Shown piece by piece: positions 37,472 to 50,786 of a DNA stretch of 64,000 nt. This DNA is from Candidatus Latescibacterota bacterium (GTDB taxonomy: Bacteria; Latescibacterota; UBA2968; GCA-2709665), in contig OZ250150.1 in NCBI GenBank assembly GCA_965237675.1, positions 3,296,001 to 3,360,000 of the forward strand, given 5' to 3'. The notes beneath the pieces were generated by a model. That model ran no database searches. It was not told the DNA's origin and was given only the letters and a program-made list of their open reading frames with translations. Numbering within the stretch: the first letter of the stretch is position 1; each line of letters opens with the position of its first letter. Made by a program: the position numbers and the translations under genes.

Positions 37472-40400
37472 GTGATCATCTTGGCGAAACAAGGACTTAT
37501 AGACAGGAAATCTTACGGAAAGATTGCTTCAGCCATCGAAATGCCGAATCTTCTGGACATCCAGATAAATTCTTACAGCTGGTTCTTACAAAAGGATATA
37601 CCGCCTGGCGAACGTGGCAAACAGGGCCTCCAGGCGGTTTTCTATAGCATCTTTCCCATCAGCGACCTGCACAGGCTCTTTTCGCTCGAGTTTGTCGACT
37701 ATTCCATCGGCACACCCAAATACGATGTGGGTGAATGTCTGGAGCGCGGAGCAACCTACGCGGTTCCACTGCGCGCCACGTTGAGGTTGATTTCCCGGGA
37801 AAAGCAGGACAACAAAGAGCTTCGGATCAAAGACATCGTGGAGCAGACGGTATTCCTGGGTGAACTGCCGCTCATGACCGACGAAGGCACGTTTATTGTC
37901 AACGGTTCCGAGAGGGTGATTGTAAGCCAGTTGCACAGGTCTCCCGGAGTCTTTTTCGACGAGACCATTCACCCCAACGGGAAGCGGCTCTACTCAGCCC
38001 GGATCATTCCGTACAAGGGCGCATGGCTGGAGTTCAGCCTGGACATAAACGATATCATGTACGTGCACATCGACAGGAAACGGAAACTGCCGTTTACCAC
38101 GTTTTTGCGCGCGCTGGGTTACAGCCGAAGTGAAGAAATTCTAAGCCTTTTTCATGAGAACAGAACGGCGAAGGTCAACGAAGAACTGGTTGGTGCCATC
38201 GCAATGGAGGACGTGGTCGACAAGGGGACCGGCGAGTTGATTGTCGAAGCCTATGGAACGGTGACCGACGAACATCTGCAGGCGTTGAAGGACGGTAAAG
38301 TCAAACGCATGACGGTACTCGACCTGGACACCGAGAACGATGGCGGGGTGATTGCCAATACACTCCAGAAAGACCCTTGCGATAACGAAGAAGAAGCGCT
38401 CTCCCGAATCTACAATCTTCTGCGTCCCGGAGATCCGCCAAACCTTGAGACGGCCCGTGGCCTTCTCGAGCGCCAGTTCTTCAGCCCCAAGCGTTATCAG
38501 CTGGGCGAGGTCGGTCGTTACCGCTTGAACCAGCGGTTGAACCTGAATATCCCCCTCGAATTCACCACCTTGTGCATCGAGGATTTTCACAGGGTAATCC
38601 AATATCTGCTGCTGCTGTTCAAGGGCGAAGGCTATACGGACGACATCGACCATCTGGGCAATCGACGCATACGGACCGTCGGCGAACTCCTGTCCTATCA
38701 TTTTTCAACCGGTCTGGTCCGAATGGCCCGGACGATCAGAGAGCGGATGAGTCTCAGGGATACGGAGCAGATTACACCCCAGGATCTGGTCAACGCACGG
38801 ACGGTTTCAACGGTTGTCCAGGCCTTCTTCGGCAGCAGCCAGCTTTCCCAGTTCCTGCAGCAGACCAACCCGCTCGACGAACTGTCCCATAAGCGACGAC
38901 TGTCGGCTCTGGGACCCGGAGGTCTGACACGCGACCGGGCCGGTTTCGAGGTACGTGACGTTCACCATACCCACTACGGGCGCATCTGTCCCATCGAAAC
39001 GCCGGAGGGACCCAATATTGGCCTTATCGCCAATATCTCCACCTACGCCAAGATCAACGCTCTGGGATTTCTGGAAACGCCGTACAGGGTCGTGAAAGAT
39101 GGGAGGGTTACTTCCGAAATCAGGTATCTTTCCGCCGACGAGGAAGACAAACACACGATCGCCCAGGCCAATGCACTGCTCGACTCCGACGGGAGATACA
39201 AGGACTCCGTGGTCCAGGCCCGGCGGCGGGGCGACTTTCCGCTCGTGGCGCCGTCGGAAGTCAATTATATGGACGTTTCGCCGTGTCAGCTGGTCAGTAC
39301 GGCGGCGTCCCTGATTCCGTTTCTTGAGCACGACGATGCAAACCGTGCCCTGATGGGTTCCAATATGCAGCGTCAGGCTGTGCCTTTGCTACGTACGGAG
39401 GCGCCGCTCGTAGGTACCGGAATGGAGCATGCGGTCGCCGTGGATTCCAAGGCGGTCGTAACGGCGAGGAACCCCGGGGCGGTGGTCTACGTGAGTGCGG
39501 ACAGGATTGTGGTCAAACGACGTAAGGGCCGCGACGTCGAAATGATCGATCTGTTCGACGAAGATGTCTACCGGCTGATCAAGTTTAAACGGTCAAACCA
39601 GGATTTCTGCATCAGCCAGAAGCCGCTCGTGCACGTCGGCGACAGGGTTGAAGCCGGAGATCTGTTGGCAGACGGTTGCGCCACGGACCGTGGGGACCTT
39701 GCCCTTGGCGCGAACGTGCTTTGCGCGTTTATGTCGTGGAACGGGTACAATTTCGAAGATGCGATCATTGTATCCGAGCGGCTGCTGAAGAAAGATATCT
39801 TCACATCGATCTCCATAGAGGAGTTCGAACTCCAGGTGCGGGATACCAAGAGAGGGGTGGAGGAAATAACCCGGGAAATACCGAATGTCAGCGAGCAGGC
39901 GGTTCGTAACCTGGATGAACAGGGCATCGTTCGGGCCGGCGCGGAGGTGACCTCCGGAGACATTCTCGTGGGTAAAGTAACGCCCAAGGGCGAAACGGAA
40001 CTTTCACCCGAGGAGCGCCTCCTGCGCGCAATTTTTGGAGAAAAAGCGGGTGATGTTAGAGATGCGTCCTTAAAGGCGCCGTCCGGAATGGACGGAGTTG
40101 TCATGGACCGGAAGGTCTTCTCGCGGAAAAATCGGGAGAAAACACGAAATGCGGATAAAGAAAAAACGGCCTCTGTCAAAAAACAGATCCAGGAGAAAAT
40201 CGGCGCGATAAAGACCAGCCGGAACGAACAGGTGGCGGAGTTGCTGAGGGACAAAAAGGTGAATCTGTTGCGGCATGCCGAAGATGGCTCGGTGGCGGCA
40301 CGTTTCGGAAGAATATTCGATCAGAAGCTGGCTGAAAAGCTCGACCTTGATTTCGTTCGGCCGGACGAATCCTGGGTCGAAGATGCCGGCACCAGCGACA

Positions 40401-41248
40401 AGGTCGACCGCATTATCGACTTGTCCAAGAAACTGATTCGGGCAGCCGAAGACGAACTGGATCGGGAACTGGAAAAAATCGCGCGGGGCGATGAACTTCC
40501 GCCGGGGATTGTACAGCTTATCAAAGTGTATATCGCGCGTAAGCGCAAACTGATGGTCGGTGACAAGATGGCCGGACGCCACGGCAACAAGGGTGTCGTT
40601 TCAATTATCGTTCCGGAAGAAGATTTGCCGTACCTGCCCGACGGCACCCCCATCGATATTATCCTGAATCCGCTGGGTGTCCCGTCCCGGATGAATCTGG
40701 GGCAGATTCTTGAGACCCACCTCGGATGGGCGGCCCGGGCACTCAACCAACATGTCGCCTCGCCGGTCTTCGACGGCGCTTCATTGGAAGACATCAAGAC
40801 GGCGTTGCGCGAGGCCGATCTCCCGGAAGCCGGCAAAACCGTGCTGTACGACGGAAAAACCGGAAGGCCTTTCGATAAGGAGGTAATGGTTGGGTACATA
40901 TATATGCTGAAGCTGTCGCATCTGGTCAGCGACAAGATCCACGCCCGATCCATCGGGCCGTATTCGCTGGTGACGCAACAGCCCCTTGGAGGCAAGGCGC
41001 AATTCGGCGGCCAGCGATTCGGCGAAATGGAGGTCTGGGCGCTGGAGGCCTACGGCGCCGCCTATATGTTGCAGGAGATGCTGACCGTCAAGTCCGATGA
41101 TGTCGCAGGACGTTCAAAGATCTACGAAGCGATCGTAAAGGGCGAGAATCCACCTGAACCGGGGGTTCCTGAATCCTTCAACGTGCTGGTCAAGGAATTG
41201 CAGAGCCTCTGTCTGGACGTGGTCCTGGAGAATGGTCAGAGCGGGTAA
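37472..41248 (+). CDS. rpoB: RNA polymerase beta subunit (start may be TTG 37481)
   Basis: [57 protein letters not shown]. Confidence 0.98.
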   Translation: MIILAKQGLIDRKSYGKIASAIEMPNLLDIQINSYSWFLQKDIPPGERGKQGLQAVFYSIFPISDLHRLFSLEFVDYSIGTPKYDVGECLERGATYAVPLRATLRLISREKQDNKELRIKDIVEQTVFLGELPLMTDEGTFIVNGSERVIVSQLHRSPGVFFDETIHPNGKRLYSARIIPYKGAWLEFSLDINDIMYVHIDRKRKLPFTTFLRALGYSRSEEILSLFHENRTAKVNEELVGAIAMEDVVDKGTGELIVEAYGTVTDEHLQALKDGKVKRMTVLDLDTENDGGVIANTLQKDPCDNEEEALSRIYNLLRPGDPPNLETARGLLERQFFSPKRYQLGEVGRYRLNQRLNLNIPLEFTTLCIEDFHRVIQYLLLLFKGEGYTDDIDHLGNRRIRTVGELLSYHFSTGLVRMARTIRERMSLRDTEQITPQDLVNARTVSTVVQAFFGSSQLSQFLQQTNPLDELSHKRRLSALGPGGLTRDRAGFEVRDVHHTHYGRICPIETPEGPNIGLIANISTYAKINALGFLETPYRVVKDGRVTSEIRYLSADEEDKHTIAQANALLDSDGRYKDSVVQARRRGDFPLVAPSEVNYMDVSPCQLVSTAASLIPFLEHDDANRALMGSNMQRQAVPLLRTEAPLVGTGMEHAVAVDSKAVVTARNPGAVVYVSADRIVVKRRKGRDVEMIDLFDEDVYRLIKFKRSNQDFCISQKPLVHVGDRVEAGDLLADGCATDRGDLALGANVLCAFMSWNGYNFEDAIIVSERLLKKDIFTSISIEEFELQVRDTKRGVEEITREIPNVSEQAVRNLDEQGIVRAGAEVTSGDILVGKVTPKGETELSPEERLLRAIFGEKAGDVRDASLKAPSGMDGVVMDRKVFSRKNREKTRNADKEKTASVKKQIQEKIGAIKTSRNEQVAELLRDKKVNLLRHAEDGSVAARFGRIFDQKLAEKLDLDFVRPDESWVEDAGTSDKVDRIIDLSKKLIRAAEDELDRELEKIARGDELPPGIVQLIKVYIARKRKLMVGDKMAGRHGNKGVVSIIVPEEDLPYLPDGTPIDIILNPLGVPSRMNLGQILETHLGWAARALNQHVASPVFDGASLEDIKTALREADLPEAGKTVLYDGKTGRPFDKEVMVGYIYMLKLSHLVSDKIHARSIGPYSLVTQQPLGGKAQFGGQRFGEMEVWALEAYGAAYMLQEMLTVKSDDVAGRSKIYEAIVKGENPPEPGVPESFNVLVKELQSLCLDVVLENGQSG

Positions 41249-41308
41249 GATCCGATAGAGGGGTCATCTTTTTATTTGGATTTCGATCGCAAAAAGGGGG
41301 TAAGGCCC

Positions 41309-44300
41309 GTGGCGGACATCAACACTTCCAAGCGGCCCACAGAATTCAATTCCATCCGTATCCAACTCGCTTCTCCCGAAACGATCCGGGGTTGGTCCCG
41401 CGGTGAGGTGACCAAACCGGAAACCATCAACTACCGCTCGTTCAAGCCCGAGCGTGACGGTCTGTTCTGCGAACGTATCTTCGGTCCGGTTAAAGATTGG
41501 GAATGCAGCTGCGGAAAGTACAAGAGGATTCGCTACCGGGGCGTTGTATGTGACAGGTGCGGCGTGGAAGTGACACAATCCAAGGTGCGTCGTGAGCGGC
41601 TGGGCCACATCGAACTGGCGGTGCCGGTTTCGCATATCTGGTTTTTCAAGTCGCTGCCTTCGCGTATGGGTTATCTGCTGGATATCACGATTCGCAATCT
41701 GGAACGGATCATCTATTACGAGTCTTACGTCGTGTTGGATCCGGGTGACGCGCCGGATTTGAAGTATAAGGATCTTCTATCCGAAGATGAGGCCTTTGAA
41801 CTCGAGTCGGAGGGGTACAACTTTACCACGGATATGGGTGCGGTCGCGCTCAAAAAGCTGCTCAGTGAGATAGACATCGAGGAACTTTCCGCGGAGTTGC
41901 GCACCCAGGCGCGCATGGAAACTTCCGTTCAGCGCAAGCAGGAGGCGTTGAAACGGCTGAAAGTGGTCGAGGCATTTCGCCAGTCCGACAACCAACCGTC
42001 ATGGATGATTCTAGACGTCATTCCAGTTATTCCGCCGGATCTCCGGCCGCTGGTTCCCCTGGAGGGTGGACGTTTTGCCACGTCGGATTTGAACGATCTG
42101 TACCGGCGGGTCATCAACCGGAACAACAGGCTGAAAAAGCTGATCGAAATCAAGGCGCCGGAGGTGATCCTGCGCAACGAGAAACGTATGCTTCAGGAGG
42201 CCGTCGACGCGCTATTCGACAATGGCCGCAGGTCTCGAGCCGTGCGAGGCGATGGCAACCGATCGTTGAAATCCCTCTCGGATCTCCTGAAGGGAAAGCA
42301 GGGCCGCTTCCGTCAGAATCTGCTCGGCAAGCGGGTCGACTATTCCGGCCGATCGGTAATCGTGGTCGACCCCAACCTCAAGTTGCATCAATGCGGGCTT
42401 CCGAAGCACATGGCGCTTGAGTTGTTCAAGCCGTTCATCATCAAAAAACTGGAAGAGCGCGGATTGGTCCAGACCGTGAAAAGCGCAAAGAAGCTCGTCG
42501 AGCGCGAACGGGTTGAAGTATGGGATATTCTGGAGGATATTATCCAGGATCACTACGTCCTGCTCAACCGGGCACCCACGCTCCACCGGCTCGGCATTCA
42601 GGCGTTCCAGCCCGTGCTGGTGGAAGGGAAGGCCATTCGCATCCATCCACTGGTCTGCGCCGCATTCAATGCAGACTTCGACGGCGACCAGATGGCGGTT
42701 CACGTGCCGCTTTCTTTCGAGGCGCAAATTGAAGCGCGCGTCCTGGTCATGTCCGCGAACAATATGCTCAAGCCCGCAGACGGATCCGCGGTGATCGTGC
42801 ACAATCCGCAGGACATCGCCATGGGCTGTTATTATCTGACCAAGATGGTTCAGCAGTCCGGCAACGAACATGTCAAGGCATTCGGCAGCCCCAACGAAGC
42901 ACTGATCGCACACGATTACGGAAAATTACCCCTTCACGAAGCCATTCGGGTGCGTGTCGACGGAAAGCTGCTGACAACCACCGTAGGCCAGGTGATTTTC
43001 AATGACATTCTGCCCGACGGAATGCCCTATATCAATCAGATGGTGGACAAACCGGTGATACAGAAAGTAACCACCGACGTCCACCGGCGATTTGGAAATC
43101 GGGCAACCGTTGAATTTGCCGACGGCTTGAAACGGCTGGGTTATGACTACGCCACCCGATCCGGTGTAACCGTTTCGATGGACGACGTGGTGGTTCCGCC
43201 CAAGAAGCAGGAACTGATCGATAAAGCCAAGGGTGAAGTCGATCGGATCCTGCAGCAGTACGTGCATGGCGTAATCACAGAAGGCGAGCGGTACAACAAG
43301 GTCATCGACGTCTGGCAGCACACCACGAACAATATCGCCGAGATGATGAACGAGGCGCTGGAGCATTCGGAGGCAGGCTTCAATTCGATCTACATCATGA
43401 AAGACTCCGGCGCTCGCGGCAGCGACGACCAGGTGAAGCAGCTGGGCGGTATGCGGGGGTTGATGAACAAACCTCAGAAGAAGCTTACGGGAGCGATCGG
43501 TGAGATTATCGAGACGCCCATCGTCGCATCCTTTAAAGAGGGTCTGTCGGTCCTTGAGTACTTCATTTCCACGCACGGAGCAAGAAAAGGGTTGGCCGAC
43601 ACGGCATTGAAGACCGCCGAGGCGGGTTATCTCACCCGTCGCATGGTGGATGTGGCACAGGACGGAGTGATAGGCGAAGGGGATTGCGGCACCATTATGG
43701 GCATCGAGCTCGAAGCGTTCAAAGAGGGCGAGGAGGTGGTCGAGCCCCTGGCGGATCGTATCGTGGGCCGAACTCTGTTGGAGGATGTGTACGATCCGAT
43801 CGGCGGCGAGATCATCGTGGAAAGCGATATGCTCCTCGACGAGGCATCCGCTGCCAAGATTGCCGATGCCGGTGTGGAACGGGTGAATGTGCGTTCGGTT
43901 TTGACCTGCGAAGCCCGCCGAGGCATCTGCGCCAAGTGTTATGGTAGTAACCTCGCCACCGCCAGGCTCGTTGACATCGGCGAAGCCGTCGGCGTGATTG
44001 CCGCCCAGAGCGTCGGTGAGCCGGGTACCCAACTCACGTTGCGTACGTTCCATATCGGTGGTACGTCCAGCCGGATCGCGGAACAGGCCGAAATCGTCGC
44101 CAAACGGGCCGGCGTTGTGCGGTTCATCAATATGGATTCCGTCACCCGGACCGACGGACAACGCACTGCGGTGGGCAGGAATGGAGAATTCGAGGTGCAT
44201 GATGATCAGGGTCGTCCTCGCGGCGGGCACTACTACGTGCCCTTTGGCGCCGTGTTGAAAGTGGAGGACGGGCAGCCGGTGGACGAAAACCAGGTTCTGT

Positions 44301-45397
44301 ACGAATGGGATCCCTATAACAATAATATCGTCTCGAACCGGCCGGGCACCGTGGAGTTTGTAGACCTTGTCGAAGGTGTGACCTACCGCGAAGAGGCCGA
44401 CGAGACCACCGGTCTGGCTGCCCAGGTGGTGAGCGAACACCGGGATCGCACGTTGTCTCCCCGGATTCGAATCCTCGACGCCGCAGGAAATGAGGTCGGC
44501 CATTACATCATCCCCGTTGGCGCTCGTCTTGTGGTGCATGATGCGGATGTGATCGGCGCCGGAGATTCCCTGGCGAAGATCCCGCGCGAGCGCAGCAAGA
44601 CACGCGATATTACCGGTGGATTGCCCCGTGTCGCCGAGCTCTTCGAGGCACGGCGTCCCAAGGATCCGGCCGTGGTCACCGAAATCGACGGTACTGTCAG
44701 TTTCGGCGGGCTCGTACGGGGTTCCAGGACCGTAATTGTTACGACTGACGACGGCGAGGAACGGAAATATACGATACCCTACGGCAAACATCTCCGGGTT
44801 CAGGAGAATGACCGGGTTCAGGCCGGCGAGCAGATGTCGGAAGGGTCGGTGAATCCGCACGATATTCTGCAGATTCAGGGCATCCAGGCGGTGCAGGAAT
44901 ACCTGGTGAACGAGATCCAGGCCGTGTACCGCATGCAGGGCGTGCGGATCAACGACAAGCATATCGAGTGCATTGTACGCCAGATGCTGCAGAAGGTACA
45001 GGTGACGGATCCGGGCGATACCAATTTCTTGGAAGGAGAAACGGTAGATCGATTCCGTTTCCGGGACGAGAACGATAAGGTGATTGCCGAAGGCGGTGAT
45101 CCGGCGACGTTCCAGTCGGTGTTGTTGGGCATTACACGTGCCTCTTTAATGACCGATAGCTTCATTTCCGCTGCGTCTTTCCAGGAGACGACCCGCGTAT
45201 TGACAGAGGCTTCCGTCCAGGGCAAGATGGACGGCCTGCTGGGATTGAAGGAAAACGTGATTATCGGGCACCTGATTCCGGCCGGAACGGGCGCGGAACG
45301 ATATCGCGGGGTTCGGGCGGTTTCTCTTGAGACGGAGATGGAGGAGGTTCCCGAGGAGGGGCTCGAAAACATCGGTCTTCCGCCGATAAATGCTTGA
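41309..45397 (+). CDS. rpoC: RNA polymerase beta-prime subunit (alternative start 41276)
   Basis: [38 protein letters not shown]. Confidence 0.98.
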   Translation: MADINTSKRPTEFNSIRIQLASPETIRGWSRGEVTKPETINYRSFKPERDGLFCERIFGPVKDWECSCGKYKRIRYRGVVCDRCGVEVTQSKVRRERLGHIELAVPVSHIWFFKSLPSRMGYLLDITIRNLERIIYYESYVVLDPGDAPDLKYKDLLSEDEAFELESEGYNFTTDMGAVALKKLLSEIDIEELSAELRTQARMETSVQRKQEALKRLKVVEAFRQSDNQPSWMILDVIPVIPPDLRPLVPLEGGRFATSDLNDLYRRVINRNNRLKKLIEIKAPEVILRNEKRMLQEAVDALFDNGRRSRAVRGDGNRSLKSLSDLLKGKQGRFRQNLLGKRVDYSGRSVIVVDPNLKLHQCGLPKHMALELFKPFIIKKLEERGLVQTVKSAKKLVERERVEVWDILEDIIQDHYVLLNRAPTLHRLGIQAFQPVLVEGKAIRIHPLVCAAFNADFDGDQMAVHVPLSFEAQIEARVLVMSANNMLKPADGSAVIVHNPQDIAMGCYYLTKMVQQSGNEHVKAFGSPNEALIAHDYGKLPLHEAIRVRVDGKLLTTTVGQVIFNDILPDGMPYINQMVDKPVIQKVTTDVHRRFGNRATVEFADGLKRLGYDYATRSGVTVSMDDVVVPPKKQELIDKAKGEVDRILQQYVHGVITEGERYNKVIDVWQHTTNNIAEMMNEALEHSEAGFNSIYIMKDSGARGSDDQVKQLGGMRGLMNKPQKKLTGAIGEIIETPIVASFKEGLSVLEYFISTHGARKGLADTALKTAEAGYLTRRMVDVAQDGVIGEGDCGTIMGIELEAFKEGEEVVEPLADRIVGRTLLEDVYDPIGGEIIVESDMLLDEASAAKIADAGVERVNVRSVLTCEARRGICAKCYGSNLATARLVDIGEAVGVIAAQSVGEPGTQLTLRTFHIGGTSSRIAEQAEIVAKRAGVVRFINMDSVTRTDGQRTAVGRNGEFEVHDDQGRPRGGHYYVPFGAVLKVEDGQPVDENQVLYEWDPYNNNIVSNRPGTVEFVDLVEGVTYREEADETTGLAAQVVSEHRDRTLSPRIRILDAAGNEVGHYIIPVGARLVVHDADVIGAGDSLAKIPRERSKTRDITGGLPRVAELFEARRPKDPAVVTEIDGTVSFGGLVRGSRTVIVTTDDGEERKYTIPYGKHLRVQENDRVQAGEQMSEGSVNPHDILQIQGIQAVQEYLVNEIQAVYRMQGVRINDKHIECIVRQMLQKVQVTDPGDTNFLEGETVDRFRFRDENDKVIAEGGDPATFQSVLLGITRASLMTDSFISAASFQETTRVLTEASVQGKMDGLLGLKENVIIGHLIPAGTGAERYRGVRAVSLETEMEEVPEEGLENIGLPPINA

Positions 45398-45422
45398 CAA
45401 GCCAACCGTAAATTTGTATAAT
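45394..45422 (+). promoter_or_regulatory. Consensus sigma70 promoter of the str operon
   Basis: TTGACA (45394-99, includes the rpoC TGA), 17 nt spacer, TATAAT (45417-22). Confidence 0.85.
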
Positions 45423-45518
45423 GAAAGTCTATGGTTAAATTTAACCGTCAACGGCAAAATCGGCTGTCCGGTTGGATCGTCTGTGTTTGTGTGGATGCAA
45501 ACCATACAGGAGGTTGTC

Positions 45519-45890
45519 TTGCCCACCATCAATCAGCTGGTGCGCAAAGGACGTAAATTAAAAGCGAAGCGGTCGTCTGCCCCCGCATTGCGGGGATGCC
45601 CGCAAAAGCGGGGTGTCTGCACGCGTGTCTATACCACGACCCCCAAGAAGCCGAACTCCGCCCTGAGAAAGGTGGCCCGCGTTCGCCTCACGAACGGGAT
45701 GGAGGTCACAGCCTATATCCCTGGCGAGGGACACAATCTTCAGGAACACTCGGTAGTACTCATTCGGGGTGGTCGGGTAAGGGATCTGCCTTCGGTTCGG
45801 TATCACATTATAAGGGGTGTCCTGGACACGACCGGTGTCGCCGACCGAAAACAGGGCCGGTCCAAATACGGTGCCAAAACGCCTCAATAG
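45519..45890 (+). CDS. rpsL: 30S ribosomal protein S12
   Basis: TTG start after AGGAGG; [24 protein letters not shown]. Confidence 0.97.
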   Translation: MPTINQLVRKGRKLKAKRSSAPALRGCPQKRGVCTRVYTTTPKKPNSALRKVARVRLTNGMEVTAYIPGEGHNLQEHSVVLIRGGRVRDLPSVRYHIIRGVLDTTGVADRKQGRSKYGAKTPQ

Positions 45891-45977
45891 GACTTCAGTT
45901 TTTATGAATGCGTTTGTTTCGGGGGAACACGCTCGAGAAGGCTGTAGACGGTGTGTCCCCCTTGTTTTGAGGGTGTT

Positions 45978-46445
45978 ATGAGAAAAAGGCGTGCCGAGAA
46001 ACGGGCGTTCTCACCCGATCCCAAATACGGCAGTGTTCTGGTGACGCAGTTTGTCAACAGTCTCTTTCGGAAGGGCAAGAAGAGCATCGGCGAAACGATC
46101 CTGTACCATGCTTTGGACCTTATCGCCGAACGGTCGGACGGAACAGGGCTGGACGTATTTGAAAAGGCGGTCGAAAACGCCAAGCCGATGATTCAGGTGA
46201 AATCCCGACGCGTGGGTGGGACGACTTACCAGGTGCCTGTCGAAGTACGGTCAGACGAGCGCCTTTCGCTTTCAATCGGCTGGTTGATTACGTTCGCGCG
46301 CGGGCGGGCCGAGAAAACCATGTCCCAGAGGCTTGCAGGTGAATTGACGGACGCGGCCAACGGCCGGGGTGGAGCTTTGCAGCGAAGAGAAGAGACCCAC
46401 CGCATGGCCGAGGCCAACCGGGCGTTCGCACACTATCGTTGGTAA
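45978..46445 (+). CDS. rpsG: 30S ribosomal protein S7
   Basis: [33 protein letters not shown]. Confidence 0.97.
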   Translation: MRKRRAEKRAFSPDPKYGSVLVTQFVNSLFRKGKKSIGETILYHALDLIAERSDGTGLDVFEKAVENAKPMIQVKSRRVGGTTYQVPVEVRSDERLSLSIGWLITFARGRAEKTMSQRLAGELTDAANGRGGALQRREETHRMAEANRAFAHYRW

Positions 46446-46450
46446 CGCAA

Positions 46451-48520
46451 ATGTCACGTAAAGAACAGCTGGAACGGATCCGAAACATCGGCATTATGGC
46501 CCATATCGATGCGGGTAAAACCACAACGAGCGAGCGTATTCTGTACTATACGGGTCGGCTGGATCGGATGGGCGAGGTGCACGATGGCGCGGCCACAATG
46601 GACTGGATGGACCAGGAACGTGAGCGGGGCATTACCATTACGTCGGCTGCTACCAACTGTTTCTGGGACGGACACCGGATCAATATCATCGACACGCCCG
46701 GACATGTGGATTTTACGGCCGAGGTTGAGCGGTCACTCAGGGTCCTGGACGGAGTCATCGGGATCTTCTGCGCCGTAGGCGGTGTGGAGCCTCAGTCCGA
46801 AACGGTCTGGCGCCAGGCCGATAAGTACAGGGTCCCGCGAATTGCTTTTGTGAACAAAATGGACCGTACGGGCGCCGATTTTTTCCGCGTCCTTGAAATG
46901 ATGAGAGAACGCCTGGCTTCGAATTTTGTGCCGGTGCAGATTCCCGTCGGCGCAGGCGAGTTATTTACCGGATTGATCGATCTGGTGAAGATGAAGATGG
47001 TGTCCTATCAAGAAGACACGCTGGGCACGGTATTTACAGAAAGCGAAATTCCGCACGACTTGCTGGACCGTGCACAGGTCTACCGCGAGCAGATGCTTGA
47101 GGCGGTCTCTGATTTCGACGATACCCTGATGGAAAAATTCCTCGAAGGCGAACCTATCGCCGAAGAAGAAATAAGACAGGCCCTTCGGCTTGCAACGATC
47201 AATGTACGCGCGGTGCCGGTCTTCTGCGGATCGGCCTTCAAAAACAAGGGCGTCCAGCGCCTTCTTGACGGCGTTCTAGACTATCTGCCATCCCCGCTGG
47301 ACGTTCCGGCGGTTAACGGCACCCATCCGGAGTCTGGGGCGCACGTCGCCCGCGCGCCTTCCCACGACGAACCGTTTTCCGCGCTCGCATTCAAAGTGAA
47401 AACCGATCCTTATGTGGGGCGCCTGACCTATTTCAGAGTCTATTCGGGTTGCCTCAAGACCGGCTCGTACGTGATGAATTCCAACAAAGGGAAACGAGAG
47501 CGTATCGGCCGGGTACTGCAAATGCACGCCAACAAGCGAGAGGAAATCGGCGAGGTCGTAACCGGAGATATCGCAGCCGTCGTTGGGCTGAAAGATACGG
47601 CAACGGGGGAGACGCTCTGCGACCTTGACCATCCGGTTATTCTGGAATCGATGGACTTCGCGAAACCCGTCGTGTCCGTGGCTATCGAGCCCAGAACCAA
47701 GGCAGACCAGGACCATCTGGGGACCGCGCTTGGAAAGTTATCCGAAGAGGATCCCACCTTCCACGTGTCCACCGATGAAGATACCGGCCAGACGATTATT
47801 TCAGGTATGGGTGAATTGCACCTGGAAATCATTGTCGACCGCTTGATGCGAGAATTTCGCGTGGCGGCCAATGTGGGCAAGCCACAGGTGACATTTAAGG
47901 AGGCGATTCGCAAGACGGTAAAGGCAGAGGGTCGGTTCGTACGACAGACGGGTGGCCGGGGGCAGTGGGGGCATGTCTGGCTGGAGATGGGGCCGGGGGA
48001 GTCGGGGAGCGGGCTTGTGTTCGAAAATAAGGTTGTGGGTGGGGCCGTACCGTCCGAATATATCTCTTCGGTCCGACAGGGCGTTCAAGAGGCCATGCAG
48101 TCGGGCGTATTGGCCGGATATCCTGTGGAAGATGTAAATGTCATACTTTACGACGGATCCTACCACGAAGTGGATTCTTCGGAAATAGCGTTCAAAGTGG
48201 CCGGGTCCATGGCCTTTAAAGACGGCGCCCGAAGAGCGGATCCTTACCTGATGGAACCCCTGATGGACGTTGAAGTGGTCGTGCCCGAAGAATATATGGG
48301 CGACGTGATGGGCGACCTGAATGCCCGGCGTGGACACATTGTGGGCATTGTGAACCGGCCGGATGCCCAGGTGATTACGGCAATGGTCCCCCTGACCGAG
48401 ATGTTCGGTTATGCCACACGTCTGCGGTCCTTGACTCAGGGGCGTGCTATCAATTCGATGGAATTCTCAAGGTTCCAGGAAATACCGAAAGGGCTCGCAC
48501 GGGAACTCACCGACAATTAG
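46451..48520 (+). CDS. fusA: Elongation factor G
   Basis: [34 protein letters not shown]. Confidence 0.98.
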   Translation: MSRKEQLERIRNIGIMAHIDAGKTTTSERILYYTGRLDRMGEVHDGAATMDWMDQERERGITITSAATNCFWDGHRINIIDTPGHVDFTAEVERSLRVLDGVIGIFCAVGGVEPQSETVWRQADKYRVPRIAFVNKMDRTGADFFRVLEMMRERLASNFVPVQIPVGAGELFTGLIDLVKMKMVSYQEDTLGTVFTESEIPHDLLDRAQVYREQMLEAVSDFDDTLMEKFLEGEPIAEEEIRQALRLATINVRAVPVFCGSAFKNKGVQRLLDGVLDYLPSPLDVPAVNGTHPESGAHVARAPSHDEPFSALAFKVKTDPYVGRLTYFRVYSGCLKTGSYVMNSNKGKRERIGRVLQMHANKREEIGEVVTGDIAAVVGLKDTATGETLCDLDHPVILESMDFAKPVVSVAIEPRTKADQDHLGTALGKLSEEDPTFHVSTDEDTGQTIISGMGELHLEIIVDRLMREFRVAANVGKPQVTFKEAIRKTVKAEGRFVRQTGGRGQWGHVWLEMGPGESGSGLVFENKVVGGAVPSEYISSVRQGVQEAMQSGVLAGYPVEDVNVILYDGSYHEVDSSEIAFKVAGSMAFKDGARRADPYLMEPLMDVEVVVPEEYMGDVMGDLNARRGHIVGIVNRPDAQVITAMVPLTEMFGYATRLRSLTQGRAINSMEFSRFQEIPKGLARELTDN

Positions 48521-48615
48521 TGATTGGGAGGTCGAATTCATTCTTCACGGCGGGCAACTACGATAGCCCAATAAAAAGACTTTTGAGTCGTTTATAGTAA
48601 CAGGAGGAAGGTGAC

Positions 48616-49812
48616 ATGGCAAAAGAGAAGTTTGACAGGAGCAAACCCCACGTCAATATCGGAACCATAGGGCACGTTGACCATGGTAAGACGACGTTGA
48701 CGGCGGCCATTACCAAGACGCTGGCCGCCAGGGGACTGGCGGAATATACGCCCTTCGAGAGCATTGACAAGGCCCCCGAGGAGGTGGAACGCGGCATAAC
48801 CATCAATACGGCGCACGTCGAGTATTCCAGCGAAAACCGCCACTACGCCCATGTCGATTGTCCGGGACACGCCGACTATGTAAAGAACATGATCACCGGC
48901 GCGGCACAGATGGACGGTGCGATTCTGGTGGTAAGCGCCGCCGATGGTCCGATGATTCAGACGCGGGAGCATATTCTCCTGTCACGGCAGGTGAACGTCC
49001 CGTCTATCGTCGTCTACATGAACAAGGTCGATATGGTCGACGACCCCGAACTTCTTGAACTGGTGGAACTGGAGGTGCGGGAACTGCTCAGTGATTACGA
49101 TTTTCCGGGTGACGACATTCCTGTGATTAGTGGGTCTGCGCTGCAGGCGCTCGAGGCCAACGATCCGGATTCGGACGTGTGCAATTCCATTTGGGAACTG
49201 CTCGAGGCCGTAGATACCGCGATTCCGATACCTGAACGCGACATGGACCGGGACTTCCTGATGCCCGTAGAGGACGTCTTCAGCATTACCGGCCGCGGGA
49301 CGGTGGGCACGGGTAGAATCGAGCGTGGCGTGGTCCAGCTGAACGAAGAAGTGGAGGTTGTCGGGATCCGTGAAACCCGTAAGACCGTGGTCACGGGAAT
49401 CGAGATGTTCCGAAAGCTTCTGGACGTTGGGGAAACGGGAGACAACGTGGGTCTGCTGCTGCGCGGCATCGACAAGGAAGACCTCGAACGTGGTATGGTC
49501 GTTGCCAAACCAGGTTCGGTCACGCCGCATACGAAGTTCAAAGGTGAAGTTTACGTGCTCACGGAAAAAGAGGGCGGTCGAAGCAAACCATTCTTTACTG
49601 GTTACCGACCGCAGTTTTTTTTCAGAACCACCGACGTTACCGGCGCGGTTCAGTTGCCCGATGGTGTGGAAATGGTGATGCCGGGCGACAACATTACCAT
49701 GGACGTCGACCTGACTCCCCAACCCATCGCCATCGAAGCGCAGCTTCGGTTCGCCATACGCGAAGGGGGCCGGACAATCGGCTCGGGCGTGGTTACTGAA
49801 ATCATTGACTAG
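48616..49812 (+). CDS. tuf: Elongation factor Tu
   Basis: [32 protein letters not shown]. Confidence 0.98.
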   Translation: MAKEKFDRSKPHVNIGTIGHVDHGKTTLTAAITKTLAARGLAEYTPFESIDKAPEEVERGITINTAHVEYSSENRHYAHVDCPGHADYVKNMITGAAQMDGAILVVSAADGPMIQTREHILLSRQVNVPSIVVYMNKVDMVDDPELLELVELEVRELLSDYDFPGDDIPVISGSALQALEANDPDSDVCNSIWELLEAVDTAIPIPERDMDRDFLMPVEDVFSITGRGTVGTGRIERGVVQLNEEVEVVGIRETRKTVVTGIEMFRKLLDVGETGDNVGLLLRGIDKEDLERGMVVAKPGSVTPHTKFKGEVYVLTEKEGGRSKPFFTGYRPQFFFRTTDVTGAVQLPDGVEMVMPGDNITMDVDLTPQPIAIEAQLRFAIREGGRTIGSGVVTEIID

Positions 49813-49829
49813 CGTCGACGGAGGGACCA

Positions 49830-50138
49830 GTGCCAGCACAGAAAATTCGTATTCGATTGAAGGCTTACGATCACGTTGCCCTGGATCGGTCTGTCGACGA
49901 AATTGTGCGAACGGCGAAACGGACCGGAGCGCTGATTTCCGGCCCCATTCCGTTGCCCACCAAGCGTACGTTGTATACGGTGCTCCGAGGTCCCAATATC
50001 GACAAAAAGTCCCGGGAGCAGTTCGAGACCCGGGTACATAAACGTCTGATCGATATTCACAACTCGACGCCGCAGACGGTAGATGCGTTAATGAAACTGG
50101 ATTTGCCGGCGGGAATCGACATCGAAATTAAGGCGTAG
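49830..50138 (+). CDS. rpsJ: 30S ribosomal protein S10
   Basis: [24 protein letters not shown]. Confidence 0.97.
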   Translation: MPAQKIRIRLKAYDHVALDRSVDEIVRTAKRTGALISGPIPLPTKRTLYTVLRGPNIDKKSREQFETRVHKRLIDIHNSTPQTVDALMKLDLPAGIDIEIKA

Positions 50139-50142
50139 TGCC

Positions 50143-50769
50143 GTGTTAGGATTGATTGGAAGAAAAATTGGGATGACCCAGGCTTACGACCAGGACGACA
50201 ACATGGTCCCGATCACCGTGGTTCAGGTGGGGCCATGTCCGGTTGTACAGGTGAAGGACGATGCGTCGGATGGGTATCACGCACTGAAACTCGCGTTTGG
50301 CGCCACTTCCGAACGGCGCCTGACACGCCCACACCTTGGCGTTCTCAAGAAAGCCGGCGCCGGCCCACATCGAATCCTGAAGGAGTTTCGGGTTGACAAC
50401 ACGTCGGAATATGTGGTCGGTCAGACTCTTGATACCGGCATATTCAAGTCCGGCGAATTCGTCTCGGTAACCGGGCGGACCAAAGGCAAGGGTTTTCAGG
50501 GCGGCGTCAAGAGGCACCATTTCAAGGGCGGTCCGAAAACACACGGGCAGTCCGACCGGCACCGGGCGCCCGGATCGATTGGCCAGAGCTCAGATCCTTC
50601 ACGCGTGTTCAAGGGAATGCGGATGGCGGGCCATATGGGCCATCGCCGGGAAACCGTGAAGGGGTTGATGGTCGTCCGGGTGGACAAGGAGCGCAACCTG
50701 TTGTTGCTCAAGGGTGCGGTACCGGGCCCGCGAGGCGGCATCGTAAAGGTGCAAAAACAGCGCAACTAA
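50143..50769 (+). CDS. rplC: 50S ribosomal protein L3
   Basis: GRKIGMTQ, KGKGFQG, RAPGSIG, KGAVPG. Confidence 0.97.
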   Translation: MLGLIGRKIGMTQAYDQDDNMVPITVVQVGPCPVVQVKDDASDGYHALKLAFGATSERRLTRPHLGVLKKAGAGPHRILKEFRVDNTSEYVVGQTLDTGIFKSGEFVSVTGRTKGKGFQGGVKRHHFKGGPKTHGQSDRHRAPGSIGQSSDPSRVFKGMRMAGHMGHRRETVKGLMVVRVDKERNLLLLKGAVPGPRGGIVKVQKQRN

Positions 50770-50786
50770 TGGGAACCGATCGCGTT

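Noticed and set aside
42926-44962. 678-aa minus-strand ORF
   Set aside because: Antisense shadow of rpoC; expected in GC-rich coding DNA, with no recognisable motifs
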